DNA of 64,000 nucleotides from an uncultured Syntrophomonadaceae bacterium. GTDB taxonomy: Bacteria; Bacillota; Dethiobacteria; DTU022. A program made the translations under genes and the position numbers. A model generated the notes under the pieces. That model searched no databases. It had not been told where the DNA came from and saw only the letters and a program-made list of their open reading frames with translations. The stretch covers positions 14,808-78,807 of the forward strand of contig CAYTER010000003.1 of the NCBI GenBank assembly GCA_964436815.1, read 5' to 3'. Each line of letters begins with the position of its first letter. The stretch's first letter is position 1. This document shows positions 13,184 to 23,838 of the stretch, in pieces.

Positions 13184-13255
13184 CCGCGATCAGGATCGGT
13201 TCTGCCATGTTCGGCAGAAGGTTCTGGTTTCGTCTGAAAGGGAGGTAGTCATAAA

Positions 13256-13540
13256 TTGTCGCGTTCACTGAAAAAAGGCCCCTATATTGAGGCCAGCTTA
13301 ATGAAGAAAATTGAGCAGATGAACGAAAAGGGAGATAAAAAGGTTATTAAAACCTGGTCCCGCCGTTCGACCATCTTCCCCGATATGGTCGGTCATACTA
13401 TTGCCGTTCATGACGGTCGCAGGCATGTGCCGATATATATCAGTGAAGATATGGTCGGTCATAAACTGGGAGAATTTGCCCCAACCCGGACATTCAGGGG
13501 GCACGGTCACCATACCGAACGCTCTACCTCTTTGAAGTAG
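13256..13540 (+). CDS. rpsS: 30S ribosomal protein S19
   Basis: TTG start with AAGGGAGG RBS. S19 family sequence (…HNGKKHVPIYI…-like). Confidence 0.94.
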   Translation: MSRSLKKGPYIEASLMKKIEQMNEKGDKKVIKTWSRRSTIFPDMVGHTIAVHDGRRHVPIYISEDMVGHKLGEFAPTRTFRGHGHHTERSTSLK

Positions 13541-13563
13541 GGCTTAAGGAGGCACGATATTTG

Positions 13564-13905
13564 ATGGAAGCAAGAGCTCAGGCACGCTACGTGCGTCTGG
13601 CGCCGCGAAAGGCGAGAGATGTAGTAAATTTAATTCGCAATAAGGATGTAGATGAAGCGATCAGCATCCTGCGCTACACTCCCCGCCGCGCTGCAGAACC
13701 AGTGGCAAAAGTGGTAAAATCAGCGGCAGCCAATGCTGAGAATAACCTGGAAATGAAACGTGGTCTCTTATACATCGACCAGGCCTATGTCGATGAGGGC
13801 CCGACCCTGAAACGTGTTCAACCGCGGGCCAGGGGCAGACGTTTTCTGATTTTAAAAAGGACCAGCCATATTACGGTTGTAGTCAAAGAAAGAAAGGGGG
13901 TCTAG
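13564..13905 (+). CDS. rplV: 50S ribosomal protein L22
   Basis: An [18 protein letters not shown]… L22 N-terminus begins at 13564. TTG at 13561 is an alternative start. Confidence 0.94.
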   Translation: MEARAQARYVRLAPRKARDVVNLIRNKDVDEAISILRYTPRRAAEPVAKVVKSAAANAENNLEMKRGLLYIDQAYVDEGPTLKRVQPRARGRRFLILKRTSHITVVVKERKGV

Positions 13906-13907
13906 TT

Positions 13908-14588
13908 GTGGGACAAAAAGTCAGCCCCATCGGATTTCGAATCGGTGTAATACGCGACTGGGATGCACGCTGGTTTGCCGGTAAAAATTATAAGGAACTG
14001 CTGCATGAAGATCTGCAGATCAGGGATTATATCCAGAAAAACCTGGCTATAGCTTCTGTTTCGCGGATCGAGATTGAACGCGCTGCCAATAACCTGCGTA
14101 TTAATATCCATACTGCCAAGCCCGGCATGGTTATCGGCCGTGGCGGCACCGGTGTTGAAAACTTGCGTAAAACGCTCGAAGAGATGTCCGGTAAGAAAGT
14201 ACACTTAAATATTATTGAAATTAAGAAACCCGAGCTTGACGCATTTTTGGTGGCCGAAAGCGTTGCTTTGCAGCTTGAAAGGCGTATCGCCTTCAGGAGA
14301 GCGATGAAGCAGGCGGTCTTTCGCACCATGCGCAATGGAGCACAGGGGATTAAAATTGCCTGCAGCGGTAGACTGGGCGGTTCAGAGATGGCTCGTAATG
14401 AGACTTATAACGAAGGAACCGTGCCACTGCAGACTCTACGCGCCGACATCGATTATGGTTTTGCTGAAGCAAAAACCACCTACGGCAGGATCGGCGTAAA
14501 GGTTTGGATCTACAAAGGTGAGATACTGCCTTCCAAACCGAGTAAAGAACAACCTGCGGAGGAGGTAGAAACCAATGTTAATGCCTAA
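13908..14588 (+). CDS. rpsC: 30S ribosomal protein S3
   Basis: GTG start. KH domain and the S3 C-terminal domain are present. Confidence 0.95.
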   Translation: MGQKVSPIGFRIGVIRDWDARWFAGKNYKELLHEDLQIRDYIQKNLAIASVSRIEIERAANNLRINIHTAKPGMVIGRGGTGVENLRKTLEEMSGKKVHLNIIEIKKPELDAFLVAESVALQLERRIAFRRAMKQAVFRTMRNGAQGIKIACSGRLGGSEMARNETYNEGTVPLQTLRADIDYGFAEAKTTYGRIGVKVWIYKGEILPSKPSKEQPAEEVETNVNA

Positions 14589-15003
14589 GCGGGTTAAGTT
14601 CCGCCGTCAGCATCGCGGCCGGATGAAAGGCAAAGCGAAGGGCGGCACAGTAGTGCAATTCGGCGAATTCGGCATGATGGCTTTGGAGCCTTCGTGGATT
14701 AGCAGCCAGCAGATCGAAGCAGCCCGTATTGCCATGACCAGGTTTATCAAAAGGGGCGGTAAAGTTTGGATCCGGATTTTCCCTGATAAACCGGTTACAG
14801 AGAAACCAGCCGAAACCAGGATGGGTAAAGGTAAAGGTTCTCCCGAGTACTGGGTAGCCGTAGTCAAGCCGGGTCGGATCATGTTTGAACTGGCCGGTGT
14901 TAATGAAGAGATTGCCAAAGAGGCAATGCGTCTGGCAGCTAATAAACTGCCAATCAAGACCAAGTTTGTGAAAAGAACTGAAGCGGGTGGTGTATCCGAA
15001 TGA
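14575..15003 (+). CDS. rplP: 50S ribosomal protein L16
   Basis: A canonical [11 protein letters not shown] start. Confidence 0.96.
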   Translation: MLMPKRVKFRRQHRGRMKGKAKGGTVVQFGEFGMMALEPSWISSQQIEAARIAMTRFIKRGGKVWIRIFPDKPVTEKPAETRMGKGKGSPEYWVAVVKPGRIMFELAGVNEEIAKEAMRLAANKLPIKTKFVKRTEAGGVSE

Positions 15004-15191
15004 AAATAACAGAGGTTCGTGAACTAAATGAGCAGGAGCTGGAAGAAAAAGAAAAAGCCCTGAAAGAGGAGCTTTTCAACCTGCGTTTCCAGGAAGCCAC
15101 CGGTCAGTTGGAAAATGTGATGCGTATTAAAGAGGTCCGCCGCGGCATTGCCCGGGTAAAAACTGTGCTCAGGGAACGGGCCCTTAGCTGA
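15000..15191 (+). CDS. rpmC: 50S ribosomal protein L29
   Basis: 63 aa L29. Confidence 0.94.
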   Translation: MKITEVRELNEQELEEKEKALKEELFNLRFQEATGQLENVMRIKEVRRGIARVKTVLRERALS

Positions 15192-15219
15192 ATCTGATGA
15201 TGAAGGGAGGCCCATCGAT

Positions 15220-15477
15220 TTGCAGACTGTAAAAGGAAAAGTTCGCAGCGGCAAGGTGGTCAGCGACAAGATGGATAAAACCAGAGTTGTTCTGGTTGAA
15301 AGAACAACCAAGCATCCACTCTACGGCAAGATCATCCGCCGGTCGAAGAAGTTTAAGTTTCATGATGAGAATAATGAATCCCGAGTAGGAGATATCGTTA
15401 AGATCATGGAAACCAGGCCGCTTAGCAAGGATAAAAGGTGGCGCCTGGTGGAGATTGTTCAGCGGTCGCAGCTGTAG
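15220..15477 (+). CDS. rpsQ: 30S ribosomal protein S17
   Basis: TTG start. [10 protein letters not shown] motif. Confidence 0.94.
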   Translation: MQTVKGKVRSGKVVSDKMDKTRVVLVERTTKHPLYGKIIRRSKKFKFHDENNESRVGDIVKIMETRPLSKDKRWRLVEIVQRSQL

Positions 15478-15527
15478 ATTCTCTCTCCGGATAGCCTGCC
15501 GGAAGGGGAATGAAAGGAGAGGCAAAG

Positions 15528-15896
15528 ATGATTCAAAGCGAGACAATCTTAAACGTAGCTGACAACTCGGGAGCCAAAAAGATCCTTTGTATCAGGGTCT
15601 TGGGTGGATCGAAGCGCAAATCAGGCCGTATCGGTGATCTAATTGTAGCTTCAGTAAAAGAAGCCACCCCGGGTGGAGTTGTTAAAAAAGGAGAAGTGGT
15701 CAGGGCTGTGATCGTGCGGACCAAGAGTCGGCTCAACCGCAAGGACGGCTCGCATATCCACTTCGACGATAATGCAGCAGTGATTATCAATGAACAGAAT
15801 AATCCGCGCGGGACCCGTATTTTCGGGCCTGTTGCCCGTGAGCTGAGAGAAAAGGAATTTATGAAAATTGTTTCCCTCGCCCCGGAAGTGATTTAG
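15528..15896 (+). CDS. rplN: 50S ribosomal protein L14
   Basis: A canonical [17 protein letters not shown] start at 15528 with GGAGAGG RBS. Confidence 0.95.
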   Translation: MIQSETILNVADNSGAKKILCIRVLGGSKRKSGRIGDLIVASVKEATPGGVVKKGEVVRAVIVRTKSRLNRKDGSHIHFDDNAAVIINEQNNPRGTRIFGPVARELREKEFMKIVSLAPEVI

Positions 15897-15940
15897 TGGT
15901 TCATTTTGGAGGTGGCAAAGAACCGGTGGAAGTGAAAAAG

Positions 15941-16255
15941 ATGTCTGTTCGACGGGGAGATAAGGTGTTAGTTCTCTCCGGGAAAGATAAAGGTAAAAAA
16001 GGCAAGATCATTGCCACTTTTCCCCGTATGGGCAAGGTTAAGGTGGAAGGTGTCAATATGATCAAAAAGCACGCCAAACCAACCCGCAAGGTCCCCCAGG
16101 GTGGAATCAGGGAGATGGAAGCGGCCATGCCGGCGTCTAAGGTGATGGTAATTTGCCCGGCATGCAGCAAACCGTCGCGGATCGCCAAGAAAGTTCTTCC
16201 TGATGAACGCCGGGTTCGCATCTGTCGGAAGTGCGGCGAATCGCTGGATAAGTAA
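15941..16255 (+). CDS. rplX: 50S ribosomal protein L24 (uL24) with a C-terminal CxxC…CxxC zinc-ribbon-like extension
   Basis: The [24 protein letters not shown] domain starts at ATG 15941. The C-terminal region reads …CPACSKP…CRKCG. Confidence 0.92.
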   Translation: MSVRRGDKVLVLSGKDKGKKGKIIATFPRMGKVKVEGVNMIKKHAKPTRKVPQGGIREMEAAMPASKVMVICPACSKPSRIAKKVLPDERRVRICRKCGESLDK

Positions 16256-16275
16256 GGAGGGTTAAAGCAGAGAAG

Positions 16276-16818
16276 ATGTCACGAATGAAGCAGAAATATC
16301 TTGAAGAAGTTAGACCCGCCCTCGTCAAGCGGTTTGCCTATAAAAGCATTCTACAGGCTCCGCGGATCGATAAAGTTGTGATCAACATGGGATTGGGTGA
16401 AGGGAAAGAAAACCCGAAAATACTGGATGCAGCGGTTAACGACCTTTCGATTATTGCCGGTCAGCGACCGGTTATAACCAGGGCGCGTCGTTCAGTGGCC
16501 AGTTTTAAAGTCCGTGAAGGGATGCCGATCGGCTGTAAACTTACCCTGCGCGGTATCCGGATGTATGACTTTCTGGACAAATTTTTTAATATTGCCTTGC
16601 CCAGGGTCAGGGATTTCCGGGGTATATCACCCCATTCGTTTGACGGCCGTGGTAACTTTACCATCGGTATCAAGGAACAGTTGATTTTTCCCGAAATTGA
16701 ATACAGTCAAGTGGAAAAAGTTCTCGGTATGGACATTACTATCGTGACCACCGCCGGAACTGATGAAGAAGCCCGCGAACTTCTGACCCTGATGGGGTTG
16801 CCTTTTAAAACGGCCTAA
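16276..16818 (+). CDS. rplE: 50S ribosomal protein L5
   Basis: [12 protein letters not shown]… shows high similarity to Bacillus L5. Confidence 0.96.
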   Translation: MSRMKQKYLEEVRPALVKRFAYKSILQAPRIDKVVINMGLGEGKENPKILDAAVNDLSIIAGQRPVITRARRSVASFKVREGMPIGCKLTLRGIRMYDFLDKFFNIALPRVRDFRGISPHSFDGRGNFTIGIKEQLIFPEIEYSQVEKVLGMDITIVTTAGTDEEARELLTLMGLPFKTA

Positions 16819-16853
16819 GCAGAAGCGATCGCGCAAGTTTAAGGAGGGAAAGG

Positions 16854-17039
16854 ATGGCCAAGAAATCGTTAATCGCCAAGGCCAAAAGAGAGCCAAAATT
16901 CTCAGTCCGCCATTATAATCGCTGCCATATCTGCGGCCGACCGAGGGCTTATTTGCGTAAATTCGGCCTGTGCCGCCTTTGCTTTCGTCATCTGGCCAAC
17001 GAGGGAAAAATACCTGGAATCAAAAAAGCCAGCTGGTAG
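16854..17039 (+). CDS. rpsN: 30S ribosomal protein S14 type Z (zinc-binding)
   Basis: 61 aa with CxxC…CxxC. Confidence 0.95.
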   Translation: MAKKSLIAKAKREPKFSVRHYNRCHICGRPRAYLRKFGLCRLCFRHLANEGKIPGIKKASW

Positions 17040-17068
17040 GATGATGAAAGAATGAGAGGAGGTTGTGA

Positions 17069-17470
17069 TTGCCAATGATGACAGATCCGATTGCCGATAT
17101 GCTGACAAGAGTGCGTAATGCCAATAATGTCAGGCATAAATCAGTAGAAATCCCTGCTTCGAACGTCAAGCGTTCAATCGCGGCGATCATGAAGCAGGAA
17201 GGGTTCATCAAGGATTACGAACTGATCAAAGATAACAAGCAGGGCATTTTACGACTGCATCTGAAATACGGGCCGAATCAGGAAAGAATAATCAGCGGCC
17301 TGAAGAGGATCAGCAAACCCGGATTAAGGGTTTACGTGAAAAAGGATGAACTGCCCAAGGTCCTTGGCGGGTTGGGAATAGCAGTTATCTCAACTTCGCA
17401 GGGATTGATGAGCGATCGCCAGGCCCGTGAAACGGGTAGTGGCGGAGAAGTTTTATGCTATATCTGGTAG
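17069..17470 (+). CDS. rpsH: 30S ribosomal protein S8
   Basis: TTG at 17069 with GGAGG 6 nt upstream. A conserved [13 protein letters not shown]-terminus begins at 17075, which is an alternative start. Confidence 0.94.
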   Translation: MPMMTDPIADMLTRVRNANNVRHKSVEIPASNVKRSIAAIMKQEGFIKDYELIKDNKQGILRLHLKYGPNQERIISGLKRISKPGLRVYVKKDELPKVLGGLGIAVISTSQGLMSDRQARETGSGGEVLCYIW

Positions 17471-17490
17471 CATAGCGAGGAGGTTTAGCC

Positions 17491-18027
17491 ATGTCTCGAA
17501 CCGGTAGAAAACCTGTCATCGTGCCCGACAAAGTCGATGTACAGATTGACGGTTACAATATTACGGTTAAAGGCCCGAAAGGGCAGCTATCACGGGAGCT
17601 CCCCCGTGAAATGATTATCGAACGGGAAGATGGCCAGATTCTGGTTAAAAGACCAACTGACAGCCCACCGCACAGGGCTTTACACGGTCTGACCCGCACC
17701 CTGATCGACAATATGGTTGTCGGTGTAACCGAAGGTTTCAGCCGCAACCTTGAATTGGTTGGTGTCGGTTATAAGGCCGCCCTGCAGGGCAAGAAGCTGG
17801 TTCTCAACGTGGGATATTCTCATCCTGTTGAATTCGATCCCGGAACCGATATGGAAATCGAAGTCCCCAGCCCGACTAAAATTGTGGTCAAAGGTATCGA
17901 TAAGCAAAAGGTCGGTAATCTGGCAGCAGTGATCCGCAGAACATTCCCGCCGGAGCCGTACAAGGGTAAGGGGATTCGATATGAAAATGAAACAGTCCGC
18001 CAGAAAGTCGGTAAAGCGGGCAAATAG
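17491..18027 (+). CDS. rplF: 50S ribosomal protein L6
   Basis: 178 aa L6. Confidence 0.95.
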   Translation: MSRTGRKPVIVPDKVDVQIDGYNITVKGPKGQLSRELPREMIIEREDGQILVKRPTDSPPHRALHGLTRTLIDNMVVGVTEGFSRNLELVGVGYKAALQGKKLVLNVGYSHPVEFDPGTDMEIEVPSPTKIVVKGIDKQKVGNLAAVIRRTFPPEPYKGKGIRYENETVRQKVGKAGK

Positions 18028-18047
18028 TCGCCTGGAGGTGAATTTTA

Positions 18048-18416
18048 ATGGATAAGGCAAATTTACGATTTATCAGCCGGAGAAAGCGTCACCAAAGGGT
18101 CCGCAACAAGATCAGCGGCACTGCGGAGCGCCCGCGTCTTAACGTGTTCCGCAGCAGCAAACATATTTATGCCCAGGTGATCGATGATCATTCCGGACAC
18201 ACCCTGGTTGCCGCCTCCAGCCTTGATCCGACGCTGCGTGCTGAAATCCCTAACGGGGGTAATAAGGAAGCAGCAAGGAAAGTAGGAGCTCTAGTAGCCC
18301 AACGCGCAGTTGATAAAGGGATTAAAGAAGTTGTATTTGACCGTGGTGGATACCTTTATCACGGCCGGGTTAAAGAGCTGGCGGAAGGCGCCCGCGAGAA
18401 CGGGTTAAACTTTTAG
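18048..18416 (+). CDS. rplR: 50S ribosomal protein L18
   Basis: L18 family (RKRHQRVR…[10 protein letters not shown]). Confidence 0.95.
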   Translation: MDKANLRFISRRKRHQRVRNKISGTAERPRLNVFRSSKHIYAQVIDDHSGHTLVAASSLDPTLRAEIPNGGNKEAARKVGALVAQRAVDKGIKEVVFDRGGYLYHGRVKELAEGARENGLNF

Positions 18417-18425
18417 AAAGGGGGA

Positions 18426-18932
18426 ATGGCAAGGGTGTCAAAGATCGAACCATCACAGGAGTTAGTTGAAAAGGTCGTCCAGGTAAACCGGGTTGCCAAG
18501 GTCGTAAAGGGCGGACGTCGGTTTAGCTTTAGCGCGCTGGTCGTAGTCGGTGATCAGAACGGAGTAGTCGGTTCTGGTATGGGCAAAGCCGGTGAAGTGC
18601 CCGAGGCGATTCGTAAAGGGATCGAAGAAGCGAAGAAAAATCTGATCCGTGTCCCGATGGCCGGGACAACCATCACCCATCCGATTATTGGACGTTTCGG
18701 AGCCGGAAGGGTTATGCTTAAACCTGCTTCCGAAGGTACAGGTGTGATTGCCGGCGGTCCGGTCCGGGCGGTATTGGAACTGGCCGGAGTCCGGGATATC
18801 CTCACCAAATCTCTCGGCTCATCTAATGCGATCAATATTGTCGGAGCTACGATTGAAGGATTGAAATCGCTGAAACGGGCGGAAGAAGTAAGCGCGGTGC
18901 GCGGAATAGAACTTGAAAAGCTGCTCGGTTAA
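18426..18932 (+). CDS. rpsE: 30S ribosomal protein S5
   Basis: S5 dsRBD and C-terminal domain ([14 protein letters not shown]). Confidence 0.95.
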   Translation: MARVSKIEPSQELVEKVVQVNRVAKVVKGGRRFSFSALVVVGDQNGVVGSGMGKAGEVPEAIRKGIEEAKKNLIRVPMAGTTITHPIIGRFGAGRVMLKPASEGTGVIAGGPVRAVLELAGVRDILTKSLGSSNAINIVGATIEGLKSLKRAEEVSAVRGIELEKLLG

Positions 18933-18946
18933 GGAGAATTAAAGTT

Positions 18947-19132
18947 ATGGCAAAGAAAATATCAATAACCCTTGTTCGCAGCCCGCTGTCCTGCAAACCC
19001 AGCCATCGCCGTACGGTGAAGGCCCTCGGTTTGAAGAAAGTTGGCCAGACAGTCATCCACGATGCAACTGATCCGATCAGGGGTATGGCCAAAACCATAA
19101 ATTATCTGGTTAATGTTGAAGAAGTCAAGTAA
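18947..19132 (+). CDS. rpmD: 50S ribosomal protein L30
   Basis: 61 aa L30. Confidence 0.93.
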   Translation: MAKKISITLVRSPLSCKPSHRRTVKALGLKKVGQTVIHDATDPIRGMAKTINYLVNVEEVK

Positions 19133-19164
19133 TTAGAAGCGTGGCATTATGGGAGGTGTAACCG

Positions 19165-19605
19165 ATGCGTTTACACGAATTAAGGCCTCCTGAGGGAGCC
19201 AGTAAAGCGCCTAAACGTAAAGGAAGAGGTATGTCTTCGGGGCTGGGCAAAACTGCCGGCCGCGGCCAGAAAGGGCAGAAATCACGGACGGGTTCCGGCA
19301 TTCGCCGCGGATTTGAAGGTGGACAGATGCCTTATTTCCAGCGCCTGCCGAAGCGGGGATTTACCAATATCTTTAAGCAGAGATGGAACATTGTTAATGT
19401 CAGTGACCTGACTGCTTTTGAGGCGGGAACTGTTATTACCCAGGAAATACTCCTGGAAGCAGGTTTAATCAGAAACTTGCGCGATCCGCTTAAAGTTTTA
19501 GGTAACGGTGAGTTGGATCGCAAATTGGAGATCAAAGCTCATCGTTTCAGTAAGCAAGCGGTTGAAAAAATTGAAACAGCCGGTGGGAAGGCAGAGGTGA
19601 TCTAA
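19165..19605 (+). CDS. rplO: 50S ribosomal protein L15
   Basis: 146 aa L15 with a Gly/Lys/Arg-rich N-terminus. Confidence 0.95.
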   Translation: MRLHELRPPEGASKAPKRKGRGMSSGLGKTAGRGQKGQKSRTGSGIRRGFEGGQMPYFQRLPKRGFTNIFKQRWNIVNVSDLTAFEAGTVITQEILLEAGLIRNLRDPLKVLGNGELDRKLEIKAHRFSKQAVEKIETAGGKAEVI

Positions 19606-19606
19606 G

Positions 19607-20863
19607 TTGCTGGAAACAGTACGCACTGCATGGCGGATTAAAGAATTAAGACAACGTATCCTATTTACCCTGGCCATGTTTGTGGTCTTCCGGGTCGGTT
19701 CGGCTATCCCCGTTCCCGGGGTTGATCCTTCCCGCCTGGCGGAGTTTTTCCAGTCGGATACAATCTTTGGCTTTGTCAATATTATCGGCGGCGGCAACTT
19801 GGAGAACTTTACTATATTTGCCCTGGGGATTATGCCGTATATTAACGCTTCGATTATCATGAACCTGTTGACAATCGTTATCCCCAAGCTGAAAGAGTGG
19901 AGTCAGGAAGGCCCCGAAGGGCGTAAGAAAATATCGCAGATCACCCGTTACGGAACGGTGGTGATTGCCGTGATTCAGGCCCTTGGGCTTTCAACTTTAA
20001 TTGCCGGCGAAGCGGTTCTTGACAGGACAGTTCTTTCTTATGTTACGATCATCATTTCGATGACAGCCGGAACAGCATTCCTGATGTGGATGGGTGAACT
20101 GATTACCGAGAAGGGGATTGGCAACGGTATATCGCTGATCATCTTTGCCGGAATCGTAGCCGGATTCCCGATCGGGGTGGCGATGGCAGCCGAACAGTAT
20201 CGTTTTGGACAGATCAACATGCTGATCATCGGTGTCGTTCTCCTGGTCCTGCTGGGTCTGATAGTGGGCATTATCGGCCTCGATCAGGGGCAACGCCGGA
20301 TCAATGTTCAGTATAGTAAGCGCGTGGTCGGCCGGAAGATGTACGGCGGTCAGGCAACGCACATTCCGATGAAAGTAAACCAGGCCGGGGTTATTCCGGT
20401 AATCTTTGCCTCGGTGCTGCTCAGTTTTCCGCAGACGATGGTCAGCTTTATACAGCATCCGATTGCCCAGAGGCTGGCCGACATGCTTAGATGGGGCAGC
20501 AACCTGAACCTGGTTTTATATATTGTCCTGATTATACTCTTTACCTATTTCTACACCGCGGTGCAGTTTGATCCGTTCCAGGTGGCCAGCAACATCAAGA
20601 AGTATGGCGGATTTATTCCGGGCCTGCGACCGGGACGTCCGACTGCCGAGTATCTGGCCCGGGTAACATCAAGACTGACGACAGCCGGAGCATTCTCTCT
20701 TGCTTTTATTGCCGTCTTCCCGATTGTTCTGGAGAGGATTACCGGCATGAATATTGTTTTTGGTGGAACGGGCCTGATTATTGTGGTCGGTGTTGTGCTT
20801 GAAACCTTTAAACAGATTGAGAGCCATATGCTGATGCGCAGTTATCGCGGCTTCATGAAATAG
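19607..20863 (+). CDS. secY: Preprotein translocase subunit SecY
   Basis: TTG start. 418 aa with 10 TM segments and the SecY signature. Confidence 0.95.
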   Translation: MLETVRTAWRIKELRQRILFTLAMFVVFRVGSAIPVPGVDPSRLAEFFQSDTIFGFVNIIGGGNLENFTIFALGIMPYINASIIMNLLTIVIPKLKEWSQEGPEGRKKISQITRYGTVVIAVIQALGLSTLIAGEAVLDRTVLSYVTIIISMTAGTAFLMWMGELITEKGIGNGISLIIFAGIVAGFPIGVAMAAEQYRFGQINMLIIGVVLLVLLGLIVGIIGLDQGQRRINVQYSKRVVGRKMYGGQATHIPMKVNQAGVIPVIFASVLLSFPQTMVSFIQHPIAQRLADMLRWGSNLNLVLYIVLIILFTYFYTAVQFDPFQVASNIKKYGGFIPGLRPGRPTAEYLARVTSRLTTAGAFSLAFIAVFPIVLERITGMNIVFGGTGLIIVVGVVLETFKQIESHMLMRSYRGFMK

Positions 20864-20872
20864 AGACTATCT

Positions 20873-21628
20873 ATGATTAAGTTAAAATCGAAACGGGAAA
20901 TCAGTTTAATGAGGGAAGCAGGCAAGATTGTTGCCTCGGTGCTTGCAGAGCTTGAAAAAGTAATCAAAGCCGGCATAACCACCGCAATGCTGGACAAGAT
21001 TGCTGAAAAAGAGATTCGCAGGCATAAAGCAGAGCCGGCTTTCCTCGGGTACCATAATTTCCCCGCATCGATTTGCACCTCTGTTAATGAACAGGTGGTG
21101 CATGGCATACCCGGGTTGCGCAGGCTTGAAGAGGGCGATATAATCAGCATTGATGTCGGGGTTCGCCTCAAAGGCTACTACGGCGATGCTGCCGCTACTT
21201 TTCCGGTAGGCGTGATTGATCAAAAAGCCCGGAAATTGATTGATGTTACCAGAACCTCTTTGCAGAAGGCTGTTGAGGCGATGCGCTCCGGCGCCAGACT
21301 CTCCGATCTTTCTCATGCGGTCCAGACTTACGTTGAGGAGCACTCCCTAGCGGTAGTGCGTAACTACGTCGGTCATGGGATCGGGGAAGAGATGCATGAA
21401 GAGCCGCAGGTGCCAAATTTCGGGTTGCCGGGACGCGGCCCCGTATTGCAACCGGGAATAGTGCTCGCCATCGAGCCGATGGTTAACATCGGCACCTGGG
21501 AAGTACAGGTGCTGGAAGATCAGTGGACAGTTGTAACTGCCGACGGTAGCCTTTCCGCTCATTTTGAGCATACGGTGGCACTGGGTGAAAACGGACCCGA
21601 AGTACTGACCTCTTCCAACCTTGGTTAA
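20873..21628 (+). CDS. map: Methionine aminopeptidase type I
   Basis: 251 aa MetAP1 with metal-binding D, D, H, E, E residues. It directly follows secY with no adk gene between them. Confidence 0.94.
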   Translation: MIKLKSKREISLMREAGKIVASVLAELEKVIKAGITTAMLDKIAEKEIRRHKAEPAFLGYHNFPASICTSVNEQVVHGIPGLRRLEEGDIISIDVGVRLKGYYGDAAATFPVGVIDQKARKLIDVTRTSLQKAVEAMRSGARLSDLSHAVQTYVEEHSLAVVRNYVGHGIGEEMHEEPQVPNFGLPGRGPVLQPGIVLAIEPMVNIGTWEVQVLEDQWTVVTADGSLSAHFEHTVALGENGPEVLTSSNLG

Positions 21629-21641
21629 AGGGGGAGAAGCA

Positions 21642-21929
21642 ATGGTTGAGCTAAAACCGGGACAGCTGGTCCGTTCTCTGGCCGGACGGGATAAAGGTAA
21701 ACACTACCTGGTTCTTCAGGAGCTGGATTCGCGAAATGTGCTCCTGGTTGACGGGCGCAGCCGAACCCTGGCCAAACCGAAGAAGAAGAATAAGGCTCAC
21801 CTTCAGCACTATGATCGCAGAGCCGATCTGGGAGAACAGGACGGAACGGAAAAATTCAGCGACAGTCTCTTAATCAGGTTACTGAAAGAAATGGTTCCGG
21901 TTGAGGGTTTTCCCGACAAGGAGGTTTAA
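21642..21929 (+). CDS. KOW domain-containing RNA-binding protein
   Basis: A 95-aa product starting at ATG 21642 with a GGGGGAG RBS. It sits in the Clostridia-typical position between map and infA. Confidence 0.8.
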   Translation: MVELKPGQLVRSLAGRDKGKHYLVLQELDSRNVLLVDGRSRTLAKPKKKNKAHLQHYDRRADLGEQDGTEKFSDSLLIRLLKEMVPVEGFPDKEV

Positions 21930-21936
21930 AGTCAGA

Positions 21937-22158
21937 ATGAGCAAGAAAAAAGATGTGGTTGAAGTTGAAGGCACGGTAGTAGAACCGTTACCTAATGCCA
22001 TGTTCAGGGTCGAACTCAAAAATGGACACCGGGTTTTGGCTCATGTATCCGGCAAAATCAGGATGAACTTTATCCGTATCCTGCCGGGTGACCGTGTGTT
22101 GGTAGAATTATCGCCTTACGATTTAACTCGGGGGCGCATTACCTATCGTTACAAGTAA
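21937..22158 (+). CDS. infA: Translation initiation factor IF-1
   Basis: [16 protein letters not shown]…RITYRYK is nearly identical to known IF-1. The ORF extension to 21901 has no support. Confidence 0.95.
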   Translation: MSKKKDVVEVEGTVVEPLPNAMFRVELKNGHRVLAHVSGKIRMNFIRILPGDRVLVELSPYDLTRGRITYRYK

Positions 22159-22173
22159 GGAGGCTGATCAGCT

Positions 22174-22287
22174 ATGAAGGTGAGGCCCTCAGTAAAAAAA
22201 ATGTGCGAGAAATGTAAAATCATCAGGCGTAAGGGCAGAGTTGTGATTATCTGCCAGAATCCTAAACATAAACAACGTCAGGGTTAA
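22174..22287 (+). CDS. rpmJ: 50S ribosomal protein L36 (zinc-binding C+ form)
   Basis: A 37-aa product, [37 protein letters not shown], too short for the ORF track. AAGGAGG RBS. Confidence 0.93.
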   Translation: MKVRPSVKKMCEKCKIIRRKGRVVIICQNPKHKQRQG

Positions 22288-22326
22288 CGCCAGGGAGGGC
22301 ATTAAAACTAAGGAGGTGTTACTCGA

Positions 22327-22698
22327 TTGGCCAGAATTTCAGGTGTAGACTTACCGCGTGACAAGAGAGTGGAAGTTGCGCTGAGCTATATTTACGGCAT
22401 CGGCAGCAACCGGGCGCGTGATATTCTTGAGCATACCGGGGTCAATCCCGATACGCGGGTCAAGGATTTGACAGAAGACGAACTGGGCCGCTTGCGCGAG
22501 TATATCGACAAGAACTATTCTGTCGAAGGTGATTTAAGGCGGGAAGTGGCTCTTAACATCAAGCGTTTAGTTGAAATTGGCTGCTATCGCGGCATCAGAC
22601 ATCGTCGCGGGATGCCGGTCCGGGGGCAGAAAACCAAGAATAACGCCCGCACCCGTAAAGGACCCCGTAAGACTGTTGGTGTCCGCCGTAAGAGCTAA
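22327..22698 (+). CDS. rpsM: 30S ribosomal protein S13
   Basis: TTG start with [22 protein letters not shown]… N-terminus. Confidence 0.95.
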   Translation: MARISGVDLPRDKRVEVALSYIYGIGSNRARDILEHTGVNPDTRVKDLTEDELGRLREYIDKNYSVEGDLRREVALNIKRLVEIGCYRGIRHRRGMPVRGQKTKNNARTRKGPRKTVGVRRKS

Positions 22699-22730
22699 GC
22701 AGATGCCAGGAAGGGAGGAAGTAGCGAAAA

Positions 22731-23123
22731 TTGGTCAAGAAAAAAGTTACCCGCACCAAGCGGCGTGAAAGAAAAAATATTGAGCGCGGAGTTGCGCATA
22801 TTAAGTCTACTTTTAACAATACTTTTATCAGTATTACAGATGTTGACGGTAATGCCATCTCCTGGTCCAGCGCCGGTAATGTCGGTTACAAGGGTTCCCG
22901 TAAATCGACGCCGTTTGCTGCCCAGCTGGCTGCTGAAGCAGCGGCCAAGGTGGCCATGGAGCACGGCATGAGACAGGTTGAGGTCTTTGTCAAAGGCCCG
23001 GGAGCCGGTCGTGAAGCGGCGATCCGCTCACTGCAGGCCACAGGTCTCGAAGTCAATGCCATCAAAGATGTAACGCCTATACCGCACAATGGCTGCCGCC
23101 CACCAAAGAGGCGGAGAGTTTAA
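22731..23123 (+). CDS. rpsK: 30S ribosomal protein S11
   Basis: TTG start. The C-terminal [13 protein letters not shown] is the canonical S11 C-terminus. Confidence 0.95.
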   Translation: MVKKKVTRTKRRERKNIERGVAHIKSTFNNTFISITDVDGNAISWSSAGNVGYKGSRKSTPFAAQLAAEAAAKVAMEHGMRQVEVFVKGPGAGREAAIRSLQATGLEVNAIKDVTPIPHNGCRPPKRRRV

Positions 23124-23159
23124 TATTTATTTTTAAAGGAGGTGTAACATTAAACTAAA

Positions 23160-23786
23160 ATGGGACGCCACACTGAAGCAGTATGCCGTTTATGCCGCAG
23201 AGAAAAAGATAAGCTTTACCTGAAAGGGGATCGCTGTTATACCGATAAATGTGCTGTTGTTCGCCATGCTTATCCGCCTGGAGAGCACGGCCAGGGACGC
23301 CAGAAATTTTCCGAATACGGACAGCAGCTGCGCGAAAAACAGAAAGCCCGCCGGATTTACGGGGTGTTCGAAAGACAGTTCCGTCGCTATTTCAAGGAGG
23401 CTGATCGCCGTCGTGGAGTTACCGGTGAAATTCTTCTGCAGTTACTGGAAAGCCGTCTGGATAGTGTAGTTTATCGCATGGGACTGGCCAGGTCGCGCTC
23501 GGAAGCAAGGCAGCTTATTAATCATGGTCATTTTCAGGTCAACGGCCGGAAGGTTGATATTCCTTCATTCCTGACCAGGATCGGCGATGAGGTTGCCGTG
23601 CGCGAGAAAAGCAGGGCTAAGCCGGTGTTCAAGCAGATTATCGAGGAACACGACCAGCAGGGAATAGTGGACTGGCTGGAAGTAGATTATGAAAAATTGC
23701 AGGGTAAAGTGATCAGGATTCCACAGCGTGAAGAAATCGATGTGCCGGTAACCGAGCACCTGATCGTTGAACTTTATTCCCGTTAA
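23160..23786 (+). CDS. rpsD: 30S ribosomal protein S4 (Thermus-type with N-terminal Cys4 zinc finger)
   Basis: [23 protein letters not shown] motif, then the S4 domain. Confidence 0.95.
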   Translation: MGRHTEAVCRLCRREKDKLYLKGDRCYTDKCAVVRHAYPPGEHGQGRQKFSEYGQQLREKQKARRIYGVFERQFRRYFKEADRRRGVTGEILLQLLESRLDSVVYRMGLARSRSEARQLINHGHFQVNGRKVDIPSFLTRIGDEVAVREKSRAKPVFKQIIEEHDQQGIVDWLEVDYEKLQGKVIRIPQREEIDVPVTEHLIVELYSR

Positions 23787-23838
23787 GTAATCTGTTAACC
23801 CTCAATATATCAAGCGAGGAGGGTAAATCTGAAGAGCT

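Noticed and set aside
13184-13255. 7-bp hairpin TTCTGCC/GGCAGAA between rplB and rpsS as a terminator
   Set aside because: It is not followed by a T-tract, and rplB-rpsS are co-transcribed in all known S10 operons.
15896-15940. GTG at 15896 as the uL24 start (adds 15 residues)
   Set aside because: Homologues begin at M-x-V-(R/K)-(R/K)-GD. ATG 15941 has its own purine-rich SD. The extension overlaps the rplN stop.
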